Positions 1-9,489 of a DNA stretch of 64,000 nucleotides are shown here, piece after piece; within the stretch, counting starts at the first letter, position 1, and each line of letters opens with the position of its first letter. The stretch lies in the NCBI GenBank assembly GCA_050287085.1, contig JBNKBE010000001.1, positions 96,001 to 160,000 on the forward strand, written 5' to 3'. A model generated the notes under the pieces. It searched no databases, was not told the DNA's origin, and saw nothing but the letters and a program-made list of their open reading frames with translations. Source of the DNA: Polyangiaceae bacterium. Its GTDB lineage: Bacteria > Myxococcota_A > Polyangia > Polyangiales > Polyangiaceae. The position numbers and the translations under genes are program-made.

Positions 1-1278
1 CGCCCGACGCTCCATGTCGCGCACGAGCTCTGAATCCCCTGTCACACGCACCCTATCCCCAGCTCGAACGAGCGAGAGCTCAGGACCGGGCCGTCCAAAC
101 AACAATTCAAGTCGGCCGCGCCGCAGGCGCTGCACTCCGAATACCGGTCCCCCCGGGGCTCGCTCTGGATCGTATTCGCCCCCAACACGCCCAACCAGTT
201 CGAACTTCACTCCGACGCCAGAACGAATCACCCCAGATGCGTCGTGCTCTGCCTCAGCCTCGACCACAACGCTGCGCTGCTTCACTTGAACCACGGTCCC
301 CAGCGCAATCCCGCGATGCTTAGGCGTGGTGCCTTCGACCAGAGTCTGGTGATCGTCACCATCGAGAAAGCCCGTGGAGCCGCCCCTCGAAAAAACCAGC
401 TGCGTCTTCTGAACATCCTGCGCCAGCTGCGTGCGCCCTCCCTCGATGTCACCGCGGAGCAACGCGTCGCGCCAGTGGCGCCAAGAGTCCACCGCCGTCA
501 TCACGTAGGCGGGTCCCTTGTATCGCCCTTCGATCTTGAGACTGCAAACGCCCGCCTCGAGCAGGGCCGGCAATGCGTCGTGAGCCGCCAGGTCTTGGGG
601 ACTCAGCAGATAGCGAAGGTCGCCCAACTCCTTGGGCTCACCGTCAACGATCGCTTGGTAGGGCATGCGACACGCCTGCGAACACTGCCCGCGATTAGCC
701 GAACGTCCAGAAAACGCTTCACTGGTCAAACACTGTCCGCTCCAAGCCATGCACAGCGCACCGTGGACGAAGACTTCACACTCCAGCGAGCAATCTCGTG
801 CGACCAGCGCAATCTCTCTGGCGTTCAACTCTCGGGGCAGCACAACGCGCTGGATGCCGAGCGACGCCGCAAACGCGACCCCTTCGGCGCTCGAGATGGT
901 CATCTGAGTGCTCGCATGCAGTCGCACCCCAGGCAAGAGTCGGCGCGCGACAAACGCGATCGCTGGGTCCTGAATGATCAGCGCGTCGACCCCGGCGCGC
1001 AGCACGGCGCGCAGGAGCTTCTCAACAGGCTCGAGCTCGCGCTCAAATACCAGCGTATTGAGGGTGAGGTACAGCTTAACGCAGGCCCGATGAGCACGAC
1101 GAACGAGCTCCGGTAGTGCCTCGAGCTCAAACGCCGTGCTGCGGCCCCGCGCATTGAACCCCTCGGCAAGCCCGAGGTATACGGCGTCCGCGCCGCTCGC
1201 GAGCGCGGCCACAAACGCCTCCTCCGTCCCGACTGGCGCGAGAATCTCCGGACGGCGCAGGGTCGAACTCGAGTTCAT
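1..1278 (-). CDS. U32 family 'peptidase' (Fe-S RNA hydroxylase, RlhA/TrhP-like), partial; runs off the left edge
   Basis: Absent from the ORF track because it has no stop in the window. Hand translation from ATG 1278 gives MNSSSTLRRPEILAPVGTEEAFVAALASGADAVYLG..FNAR..YLTLNTL and EVFVHGALCMAWSGQCLTSEAFSGRSANRGQCSQACR (U32 Cys motif). ATGA overlap with the upstream HAD gene. Confidence 0.9.
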   Translation of the reverse strand, partial: MNSSSTLRRPEILAPVGTEEAFVAALASGADAVYLGLAEGFNARGRSTAFELEALPELVRRAHRACVKLYLTLNTLVFERELEPVEKLLRAVLRAGVDALIIQDPAIAFVARRLLPGVRLHASTQMTISSAEGVAFAASLGIQRVVLPRELNAREIALVARDCSLECEVFVHGALCMAWSGQCLTSEAFSGRSANRGQCSQACRMPYQAIVDGEPKELGDLRYLLSPQDLAAHDALPALLEAGVCSLKIEGRYKGPAYVMTAVDSWRHWRDALLRGDIEGGRTQLAQDVQKTQLVFSRGGSTGFLDGDDHQTLVEGTTPKHRGIALGTVVQVKQRSVVVEAEAEHDASGVIRSGVGVKFELVGRVGGEYDPERAPGGPVFGVQRLRRGRLELLFGRPGPELSLVRAGDRVRVTGDSELVRDMERRA

Positions 1279-1949
1279 GGCAGAAGCGCAGCCTCCAACT
1301 GAGATAGCGAGTCGATCACGAAGTCTGGCTTCGCATGACACAGCTTGTTTCGAGAGTGATTGCCATACGTCACAGCACACGTCCAAGCGCCCGCTGCGCG
1401 TCCCATCTCCATATCATACGTTGTGTCGCCAATGATGACCATGCGATCGAGTTTGCTCCGAACCAATGAGCTCAGTCGCAGTAGCGGGTCGGGCGCAGGC
1501 TTGCTCCGCGGAGCGTCTTCCGCTCCCAGGACCGCTTCGAAATACACCCCCACTTCCAACCGCTCAATCAACTGCAGCAACGAGGAGCGACCTCGGCTCG
1601 AAACGATCGCCAAAGGAATACCCTCGGCCCGAAGCGCTTCGAGACACGCTTGTGCAAAGGGAAACAACTCAACCTGGACCGTACGCTCTGAAAAGAGCTC
1701 GCGATAGCGTTCGACGCAGCGCGGCGCCATATCGGCCGAGACTCCGATCTGCAAGAAGCTATCGAGCAAAGGCAAACCGATGAGCGCCAGGAAAGCGTCC
1801 GTCGACGGCCTTGGCAACTCAAGACTATCAAGCGTCGCCATCGCAGTTCCCACGATGGCCGAACGAGTGTCCGCAAGGGTGCCATCAAAATCGAATGCAA
1901 TACACTCCCAGACAGGAGGCCTGGGGACGAAACGACTGGACTGACTCAT
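1275..1949 (-). CDS. HAD-IA family hydrolase (phosphoglycolate phosphatase-like)
   Basis: HAD motifs FDFDGTL, IVSS, KPAPD and IGDTTYD. Confidence 0.9.
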   Translation of the reverse strand: MSQSSRFVPRPPVWECIAFDFDGTLADTRSAIVGTAMATLDSLELPRPSTDAFLALIGLPLLDSFLQIGVSADMAPRCVERYRELFSERTVQVELFPFAQACLEALRAEGIPLAIVSSRGRSSLLQLIERLEVGVYFEAVLGAEDAPRSKPAPDPLLRLSSLVRSKLDRMVIIGDTTYDMEMGRAAGAWTCAVTYGNHSRNKLCHAKPDFVIDSLSQLEAALLP

Positions 1950-4804
1950 AGCTTCGGCTCGAGGGACTCCGTCAACACCAGCCCAACGGGTAACTCCTCC
2001 CCGTAGGAGGCCTCGCGAGCTTCAGCTCCAAGCGGCAGATAATCCGTCACCGCCTGCACCCACTCATCGGGGCTGCCAGAGCGCTCAAGGCGTTTGGCCA
2101 CGCGAAGCCGCAATGCTGCGTCCAAGTCCCGTGTGCGATCTCCCGTCACCCGCGCAAGCTCCAAGGCCGCCGCTGGAGCCGAGGGCAACTCAGTCCAATC
2201 CTCGCTCAGCAGATGCTCGACCCATAGTCGGGCTTGCGTCTCGGCCACCACGTAGTGGGCGCTTGCATAGATGGGCTGACGCGCCCCCACGCGACCAATC
2301 CATTGCCAGAGCTTCGGATCGCGTTGCGACCAAGTCCTATCCAGCAGCCACTGTCCGTACGCGGCCCTGCGCGGCGCATCCACGCGCTCCAGCCAGGCGA
2401 GCATCTCGAAGAGCTCCTGGCAAACGAGAGCCTTGAACCCTTTTGGCCGCCGTAGCTTCGACTCCGAAGACGCAACAAAAGGATCACAGAGGTCCCGCAT
2501 CACCCGCTGCGCTTCCGCACTCAACCCGGGAGCGATCCGTCGCCAAGCGATGAAGAACTGCTCCCACTGAACCCGCTCTTGACCGAAAGCGAGTCCCTCC
2601 GAGAACCACGTCCCTACGGTCGAGCTGCGTGCGTCGTCTCCCGATGCACCAAAACCTGGTCGAAGGGTGTATCCGAGCAGAGAGAAGAAGGCGCGCTCGT
2701 GTTCAAGTGAACGCCGGCGGCCTTTGGCCAGGGGAAGCAGTACGTCCGAAAGCTCACGGCACAGCGTCAGTTCCCATTGCCGCCTTGGCCCGAGCTGCCC
2801 CTCGAGCGTCCGCCAGAGGTCCTTGACTTCGCGACGGGTGACATCCTTTCGCCCCTTGCCGAAAATGCGCGCGATGCTGTCGTGGGCGTCGCCGCGCACC
2901 GACCGCGTGCTGGCTCCGGCGGACGTGAAGGGTCCGGCCGCGCTCGAAGCTCGCCCAGCAGGATCCGCCGCCGGAGACTCATCGTGCTGGCGCAATTCGA
3001 ACTCCAGCTCATAGCGCCTTGAGCTCTCTTCCAAGGTACAGAGTCCCAAGCGCAATGTGCCCACCGCAGACAATTCTCCCTCGAGAGCCACCGCCGCGGT
3101 GCCCGGCGCGCTGCCGGCAGCTCCTTCGATGTTCAAGTTGGTCATCACCGGAGGCATACGCTCCAGCGCGTCCACGGCGACGATCGTGCCCACTGGATCG
3201 CGAGCCCGATCGGAGGCGTAGAGCTCAAAACGAATCGGCTGTTGGGTGCGCACCGAAAGCGGATGCGTCTCAACCCGAAACACCTCCCCTTCCTGAGCGC
3301 CTCTCGGGACCACACATAGGGCACGCCGCTCGCCAGCGTGGGTCTCAAGGCCAACGTACAGGCCCACAGCCGCGCCGCTCTTGATTCGACGTCCCCGCCC
3401 TTGACGCGCCAAGCCGAAGGCTACCGCGCCGCGTGCTACCGCCAGGTCGGGCTCGGCGCTAGGTAATTCAAGTAGCGGGCGAGCGAGCCAGGTCTCAAGC
3501 GCCTCGAGCACGCGTTTTCGTGCCCGCGGCGCCTTAAAGAGCCCCCCATTGAACAACACGGCGTCAATCGGCGTCGCTTTGACCCGCTCCGAACCTGACG
3601 CCGAAGCCGCGGCTCTGCCCGCACCATGACGGTCTAGAAATCGCGCGACATGATGAGTTAGCGCAGGATCCGCCTCGTAGGGTAAGCCAAAGCCGCGCAG
3701 CGCGCTGCGCGTTCGACTTGGAGCGGCGCTGCTAGGGATGTTCGGCAAGAAGCCTGCGAACACGACGTTCTCAACCTGCTCTCGCGTCAGTTCCAGCCCG
3801 AGGGTTGCTCCAATCAGGCTCGAACCTCCACCGAGAATACGAATCGGCGCCGAGTCCGGCGCATTCTCCGAGAGCAAACGCTCCTTCGCGCTCCGGCAGG
3901 AGAGTGTTAGCTCCGCAAATTGGTGGGGCGATAGGCTCTTGCCCTGGGCAGACCATTGTCGCTCGCATTGATGGGCCAATGCCAAGTCGATGTTGTCCCC
4001 TCCCAGTAGGAGATGTCGCCCCACGGCGATGCGCTCCGCTTCCGGCTGGCGCTCGTCACCGCGGCTGACATCGATCAAAGACAAGTCTGTCGTTCCACCA
4101 CCCACGTCGCATACGAGCACCCGCAGAGTCTCGCGCCCAACAAGTTGCGAAGCCAAGAGCGACGTCCCGTCCCCCCACAGGAAGTCGTAGAACGCAGCCT
4201 GTGGTTCTTCCAGCAGCGTCACCTCAAGCCCCGCTCGGCGTGCAGCTTCTAGCGTCAAGCTCCGTGCTACTTGATCGAACGAAGCGGGTACGGTCAGCAC
4301 GATCGGTGGTAAGTCGTCGCGAGCGCCGAGACCGCGCTGCGTCAGGACACAACGCACGTGCATCAAGATGCGAGCACTTGCGTCCACCGGTGAAATGCGC
4401 CCCGACGAATCGCCGGTCGTGCTCGCGCGCCCCTGCCACGGCAAGATCGCCTTCGTCCGGTCGACGCCCGGATGGCACAGCCAACTCTTGGCCGACGCAA
4501 TCACCCGCCCCGCGCTTTCCAGCCCACGGCGCCTCGCGTGTTCGCCGATCACCCAGTCGCCATCAGCCCAGGCCTCCCCGGCGTCAAAACGTTCGCCGGC
4601 AACCGGTGAATACAAGAACGACGGAAGCCATTTCAGACGGCCTAGCTGCCCCGTTGCAACAAACTGCGGCATGTCGAGCACCGCGACGCCTTCGTCCGAG
4701 CCAACTGCTACCACCGTATGCGTAGTTCCAAGGTCGATGCCGACGACGCACCCGGAGGTGTGCCTTCGGCTAGCCTGGCGCTCAAGCGCCTCCGGATCGC
4801 TCAT
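1946..4804 (-). CDS. Atypical Hsp70-family protein with long C-terminal extension (DUF3731-like)
   Basis: Hsp70 ATPase motifs GIDLGTTH, TVPASF, EEPQAA, DVGGGTTD, GGDNID and AVARGA; Trp-rich helical C-terminus (LRPGFG, GARQPIY, ARVTGDRTRD). Confidence 0.85.
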   Translation of the reverse strand: MSDPEALERQASRRHTSGCVVGIDLGTTHTVVAVGSDEGVAVLDMPQFVATGQLGRLKWLPSFLYSPVAGERFDAGEAWADGDWVIGEHARRRGLESAGRVIASAKSWLCHPGVDRTKAILPWQGRASTTGDSSGRISPVDASARILMHVRCVLTQRGLGARDDLPPIVLTVPASFDQVARSLTLEAARRAGLEVTLLEEPQAAFYDFLWGDGTSLLASQLVGRETLRVLVCDVGGGTTDLSLIDVSRGDERQPEAERIAVGRHLLLGGDNIDLALAHQCERQWSAQGKSLSPHQFAELTLSCRSAKERLLSENAPDSAPIRILGGGSSLIGATLGLELTREQVENVVFAGFLPNIPSSAAPSRTRSALRGFGLPYEADPALTHHVARFLDRHGAGRAAASASGSERVKATPIDAVLFNGGLFKAPRARKRVLEALETWLARPLLELPSAEPDLAVARGAVAFGLARQGRGRRIKSGAAVGLYVGLETHAGERRALCVVPRGAQEGEVFRVETHPLSVRTQQPIRFELYASDRARDPVGTIVAVDALERMPPVMTNLNIEGAAGSAPGTAAVALEGELSAVGTLRLGLCTLEESSRRYELEFELRQHDESPAADPAGRASSAAGPFTSAGASTRSVRGDAHDSIARIFGKGRKDVTRREVKDLWRTLEGQLGPRRQWELTLCRELSDVLLPLAKGRRRSLEHERAFFSLLGYTLRPGFGASGDDARSSTVGTWFSEGLAFGQERVQWEQFFIAWRRIAPGLSAEAQRVMRDLCDPFVASSESKLRRPKGFKALVCQELFEMLAWLERVDAPRRAAYGQWLLDRTWSQRDPKLWQWIGRVGARQPIYASAHYVVAETQARLWVEHLLSEDWTELPSAPAAALELARVTGDRTRDLDAALRLRVAKRLERSGSPDEWVQAVTDYLPLGAEAREASYGEELPVGLVLTESLEPKL

Positions 4805-6657
4805 TGCTCCCCGTTGTGGCCGCGGGTCGTCAACTCGACCTTCCAGCTCTCCGCTACGGCTAGTGCATCCCGGGGCACGGCCTCGAGCAGGAGCGTTCCC
4901 ACTTCGGTGATCGTCGCCCGCAGCGTCACCGCTACGACCTCCCCGACGGCTCGGCCCACCGCGGGCAGTGTAACTTCGAGGGGAGCCAGCTCGCTCAAGA
5001 GGTCGCAGCTTTCCAGCTGGGTTCCGGCCGCATCGTGGCGTCGCTCGCTAGAACCGAAAAAGCGAAAGCGCACCGGTTCACCCACCACCACGAGCAACTC
5101 TTGCTCCGGCAGCTCGACGCGGCTTCCTTCTTCCATGCCGAAAGGTGCTACGCAAAGTGCCTCAAGGGGCGGCTCAAAGCCGGGCACCGCCGGCATCGGG
5201 CTCTCAATACCCACGTAGTAGGCCCTGGCCGTTCCACCGCGGATTCGGAGACCACGCCCGTGACGGACGCTGCCGTAGTACGCGGCGCCACGAGCCACCG
5301 CCAGGTCGAGCTCTGTGCCAGGCAAGACACTGGCCGGGGGCGCTCCGATGGCCATAAGCCAACGATTGAGCGTCGCAAGCAAACGATCACGAATCGCCTT
5401 CGACTTCAAGACGCCGCCGTTGAACAAGACACGCGTGGGTTTGAGCAACGCGCTCGCGGCCGGCGTACTCTCGGCCTCGCCTAGCGCACCGGCCTGACGC
5501 GAAAGGAAGGCTGCCAAGTGTCGCGTCACAGCGGCATCACTCGCATAGGCCAGGCCCAAACGACTGAGTGCCGCGCGCGGTCGTTCTTGTGGACGCGCGT
5601 CGGCATCGACGTCAGGAAAGAACGCTTCAACGACAATGCGCTCCACTTCGTCTCGAGTCAGCTCGGTGCGGAGCGCTGACGCAAAGAGATTTGCGCTTCG
5701 ACTGGTTATCGCAATCGGGACTGCGTCAAGCTCCGGACGACTGAGCAGCTGCTCCTTCGCTGCACGGCAACGCTGCGTGAGTGCGGCCATTTGGTAAGCG
5801 TCGAGCTTCCTGCCGGGCTCGCCCAACTTGGAGCGCAGCGCATAGGCCAGCGCGAGATCCATGTTGTCGCCACCGAGCAAGATGTGATCGCCGACGGCAA
5901 CGCGCTCCAAGATCAGGCTACCGGCCTCTTCACGAGCCTGAATGGCAGAAAAGTCAGTTGTACCGCCGCCGATATCAACTACGACTATGACGTCCCCTGG
6001 AGCTAGGTGCTCGCGCCAGCGCTCACCGCATTGTTCAATCCAGGAGTAGAGCGCAGCTTGCGGCTCCTCGAGCAAGGTCACATGCTCAAAGCCCGCAGCC
6101 GCCGCCGCCTCGTGGGTGAGTTCACGCGCCGCGGCATCAAAGGACGCGGGGACCGTCAGCACGACGTCACAGCCATCCAGCGAGTCAAGCGCCGCCCCCG
6201 AACGCCCAGCGTCAGCACGCCAAGCCTCGCGCAAATGCTGTAGGTAGCCCGTTGACACTGCGACGGGCGAACGTTTGGGCACGTCTTCCGGCGCATGAAG
6301 GGGCAAGAACGCCTGGCGACGATCGACATGGGACTGCGATAGCCAGCTCTTGGCGCTTGATATCACTCGTCCCGGCGCTTCTGCCGCCCGGACGCGGGCC
6401 CACTCGCCGACCGCAAAGCGTTGCTCCTCATCCCAGGGCACGACCAGCGCTCCATCGCTGTCATGGGCCATGTAGGTGAATGACGGCAACAACGGGAGCG
6501 ATTCGAGAGCTCCTTGCGAAACGAGCTGCGGCACGGACAAAACTGAGACCGAAGTGCCCCCCTTCAACGGGGAGTCAGAGCGCTCGATTGCCGCGCTCGC
6601 GAGCGCACAGTGGGTAGTCCCAAGATCGATACCGAGGGCCAAGCGTGCTTCGCTCAT
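4801..6657 (-). CDS. Atypical Hsp70-family protein (ATPase domain plus divergent beta-rich C-domain, no lid)
   Basis: GIDLGTTH, TVPASFD, EEPQAA, DIGGGTTD, GGDNMD and AVARGAA; start taken at ATG 6657 (MSEARL). Confidence 0.88.
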   Translation of the reverse strand: MSEARLALGIDLGTTHCALASAAIERSDSPLKGGTSVSVLSVPQLVSQGALESLPLLPSFTYMAHDSDGALVVPWDEEQRFAVGEWARVRAAEAPGRVISSAKSWLSQSHVDRRQAFLPLHAPEDVPKRSPVAVSTGYLQHLREAWRADAGRSGAALDSLDGCDVVLTVPASFDAAARELTHEAAAAAGFEHVTLLEEPQAALYSWIEQCGERWREHLAPGDVIVVVDIGGGTTDFSAIQAREEAGSLILERVAVGDHILLGGDNMDLALAYALRSKLGEPGRKLDAYQMAALTQRCRAAKEQLLSRPELDAVPIAITSRSANLFASALRTELTRDEVERIVVEAFFPDVDADARPQERPRAALSRLGLAYASDAAVTRHLAAFLSRQAGALGEAESTPAASALLKPTRVLFNGGVLKSKAIRDRLLATLNRWLMAIGAPPASVLPGTELDLAVARGAAYYGSVRHGRGLRIRGGTARAYYVGIESPMPAVPGFEPPLEALCVAPFGMEEGSRVELPEQELLVVVGEPVRFRFFGSSERRHDAAGTQLESCDLLSELAPLEVTLPAVGRAVGEVVAVTLRATITEVGTLLLEAVPRDALAVAESWKVELTTRGHNGEQ

Positions 6658-6700
6658 AACGTGCCACCCAAGCAAACCAGCTGAACAACCGCCGCAGACA

Positions 6701-7330
6701 TCAGAGCTCCAGCTCTGCGGGAGCCAGAACGCGCGCGTTCCGTGCTCCGACGAGGTCCGGCAAGCTCAGCTGCAGGACGCGCCAACCGCGATGGCGCAGC
6801 GTTCCCTCGTAGGGCCCGGCCCCCGCAACCTGGCCTGTCAGTTTCAGCTCTTGCGTGTCAAACCCCAGCTCCGCACGCACCTGAGCTCCCTCCGGCTCAG
6901 AGCGGATCGGCTCGATCGTAAGGTGGCTCTGCAGCGCTTTGCGGCACCCCTCGTGGACCACGCGCGCCGCTGCGCCGACCTGCTCGTCTGTGTAGTCCAG
7001 GACGTCTTGCTGAAGAAAGTCGATGAGCCGTCCCTCGCGCTGCAATACCTCGAGCACTAGGAGTGCGCCCTGCTCGCGGCTCACCCGCACGCTCTCGTCG
7101 ACTGGGCTCGGAGCGGGGGAGCTATTGTGTGGAGCGGCGCTCGAAGGGGAGGGGCGAGACGGGACCGAAGCTGCGTTCCCAGCAACAGAAGGCTCCGCTT
7201 CTTCCCCGGCCGGCGCCCTGGCAGGTGACGCCTCCGCGGCTAGGGCCGCGATGCGACGCGCAAAACGCGGCTCGAAAAGCAGGCGAAAGAAGCACGCAAA
7301 CGCCAGGAACATACGGGAAATAAAAGACAT
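6701..7330 (-). CDS. DUF2760-like protein (N-terminal hydrophobic segment, GrpE-like C-terminus)
   Basis: LQREGRLIDFLQQD, VGAAARVVHEGC, GTLRHRGW and VLAPAELEL; lies directly upstream of the Hsp70 pair. Confidence 0.8.
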   Translation of the reverse strand: MSFISRMFLAFACFFRLLFEPRFARRIAALAAEASPARAPAGEEAEPSVAGNAASVPSRPSPSSAAPHNSSPAPSPVDESVRVSREQGALLVLEVLQREGRLIDFLQQDVLDYTDEQVGAAARVVHEGCRKALQSHLTIEPIRSEPEGAQVRAELGFDTQELKLTGQVAGAGPYEGTLRHRGWRVLQLSLPDLVGARNARVLAPAELEL

Positions 7331-7640
7331 GACGGGCACCTGAGGCGGAGTCTAGAGCGAGCCCCAGGGCGCGCGAAGAACAAACTTCCAGCGCCGGCCG
7401 CAAAGGCGCATCGGCCCAGCCGACCTCCCCCCTGTCTGTGATCCCCCGAGCCACGGTCCCCCGGGGGGCCCGGACCCAGTATGCGCAAGTCAACAGCCTT
7501 CACTTGCCCGAACATGATCCTCGGCATCCATCGGTCCGTCAGTCCGGGACTAGCCCGCGAAGGCTACAAACCTGACGCAATTGCAGTGTTTATTCACCGG
7601 CCCGTTGACATCGCGTCCAGCAAATGATGAATCCCGATCT

Positions 7641-8330
7641 GTGAGGATCTGGGAGTTGGGCGCCATAGCCCTAGTTGCGTCTGCTTGCGTTCCAGCGGGC
7701 ACGCGCGTTTACCGAAACACCGAAAACGCCCCGACGTTGGTCACCTTCCAGGCGGAGGAATGCACGCTGCCCTCTGGCTTGCGCGACCTCAAACTTGATG
7801 AGGTGGAGCTCCGGATGGCTCAAGGGCTGCGCGACTACTCGCTGCTGGTGCTGGACGCTGAGGGCGGCGGTCTCGAGGTCGGCGACCATCAACTGGAGAG
7901 TGGCAACCACATCTTCACCTACCGACTACCGAACACGGCCTGGCGCGTCGTCGTTCCCGACGAGCGCGGCGCTGACGCCCGGATCGAATACTGGCGCGGA
8001 GTAGGCCCAAACAACCCGCTGAACGCACCCCCCGACAAGACGTGCGAGCTGAAGGCCATAAGCGTTGCAGAGCCGGAGGAGATGGCTGGGACGGAGCCGA
8101 ACGATCCTGCAGAGGAAGGCTCAAGCAGCGACGCGCCCGCCGACGCTACATGCACCCCGGGCACAACGCAGCGTTGTGTTGGTAGCGGCGCCTGCGACGG
8201 AGGACAGTCCTGTCGGGAAGATGGCAGCGGCTACACCCCTTGTGACTGCGGCTCGAACTCGCCAACAACAGGGCCCAAAGCTGAGGGGCCCAGAACCAAC
8301 GAAGATTCCGACGCCCAGGAGCTACCATGA
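7641..8330 (+). CDS. Putative lipoprotein with C-terminal Cys-rich module
   Basis: Lipobox-like VASAC after GTG 7641; CTPGTTQRCVGSGACDGGQSCREDGSGYTPCDC module; ATGA overlap with the next gene. Confidence 0.6.
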   Translation: MRIWELGAIALVASACVPAGTRVYRNTENAPTLVTFQAEECTLPSGLRDLKLDEVELRMAQGLRDYSLLVLDAEGGGLEVGDHQLESGNHIFTYRLPNTAWRVVVPDERGADARIEYWRGVGPNNPLNAPPDKTCELKAISVAEPEEMAGTEPNDPAEEGSSSDAPADATCTPGTTQRCVGSGACDGGQSCREDGSGYTPCDCGSNSPTTGPKAEGPRTNEDSDAQELP

Positions 8331-9148
8331 ACCGATACTTGCACGACCAGCCCGGCAGCACCCCAGCACTAGTCCGCCGCTTCTGCGCGATTGGACTCTT
8401 CGCAGCCGCGGCTCTGCCCCAAACCAGCGCTCAAGCTGAGGGCTACGGTCCAGCGAAACCGCGTAGCGGCGCCCAACCCTCGACTCAAAGCGAAAACGCA
8501 GGCGCCGGGCTGGGGCAGGGCGCTGGGCTGGGGCAGGGCGCTGTGCCCACCCGCTCCGTCATGGTGAGCGTGGAAGAACTGGTCTCATATAACATCACAA
8601 CCAGGAAGGTAGAGCTCAAGAACGAGTTGGGCACCACCACATCCACCATCACCATCACCGACACTGGCCTATCGTTCCTGGGAGGGGGCGCCCCCACCCT
8701 AGCGCTGGACTACCTGAGCCCAGCAGGTTTCACCATTGGCGGAGCCCTCAGCTACGGCAGCGTCGAGGAGGAGGTGGAACTCAGCAGCGACAACGTAGAC
8801 ACCACCGTCTCCCAAACAGCCAACGCGCTGATGCTGCGGCCGCGGATTGGATTCATGTTCAGCAACGCCGATTGGGCATTTCACCCGCGCGTGGGCCTCG
8901 TCTACAACGCGATAGAGATCCCTGACGACTTCGCCGCAGAGGACGACGTCGAGCAGACCTTCACCGCTCTCAGCGTCGAGGCAGCCATCATCCGCTACAA
9001 TCACGACCACTCCTTTGGGGTCAGCTTGCGTCCCGCCTACTACCATGCGCTAAGCGCAGAGCGCAAAGTCGGCAGTACAACCGTACAGAAGGACGAGCCA
9101 GATCTGGGTGTCCTGGTCGTTTCACTAGGCGTACAGGCATTCTTCTAG
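8327..9148 (+). CDS. Putative outer-membrane beta-barrel protein
   Basis: Signal peptide (AQA), alternating amphipathic strands (LRPRIGFMF, HPRVGLVY), C-terminal LGVQAFF. Confidence 0.65.
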   Translation: MNRYLHDQPGSTPALVRRFCAIGLFAAAALPQTSAQAEGYGPAKPRSGAQPSTQSENAGAGLGQGAGLGQGAVPTRSVMVSVEELVSYNITTRKVELKNELGTTTSTITITDTGLSFLGGGAPTLALDYLSPAGFTIGGALSYGSVEEEVELSSDNVDTTVSQTANALMLRPRIGFMFSNADWAFHPRVGLVYNAIEIPDDFAAEDDVEQTFTALSVEAAIIRYNHDHSFGVSLRPAYYHALSAERKVGSTTVQKDEPDLGVLVVSLGVQAFF

Positions 9149-9489
9149 GCTCCTCAAAGAGCGACGCGAGCAGGGCAGTATTCGCTGGCCAAGGGCCGCC
9201 GCTCGCAACAGGGGCTTCATCGAGGCCGGAGCGCGGCGGCGTCGAGCTAAGATCAGCCTGCCGACGTCGCCTTTGAATCAGCCCACTTGCGCCGCCTCAT
9301 CGAAATCAGGCGGCCCGCGGACCCGACGAGAGCCAACGGAGCCGCGCGTCGCACCAAGAGGGCGACGCCCTTCGTCGTATTGCTGGCAACGCGCTTCGGA
9401 AAGCGGCGCATCGCTCCCGAGGGCGATGCGCTTCAATGCTGCCTGGTGACGATTGCGGTCCCAGTAGCTCGCTTCTTTCGAGTTGAGCG

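Noticed and set aside
244..1116. 290-aa + strand ORF
   Set aside because: Antisense shadow of the U32 gene, which carries the recognisable motifs
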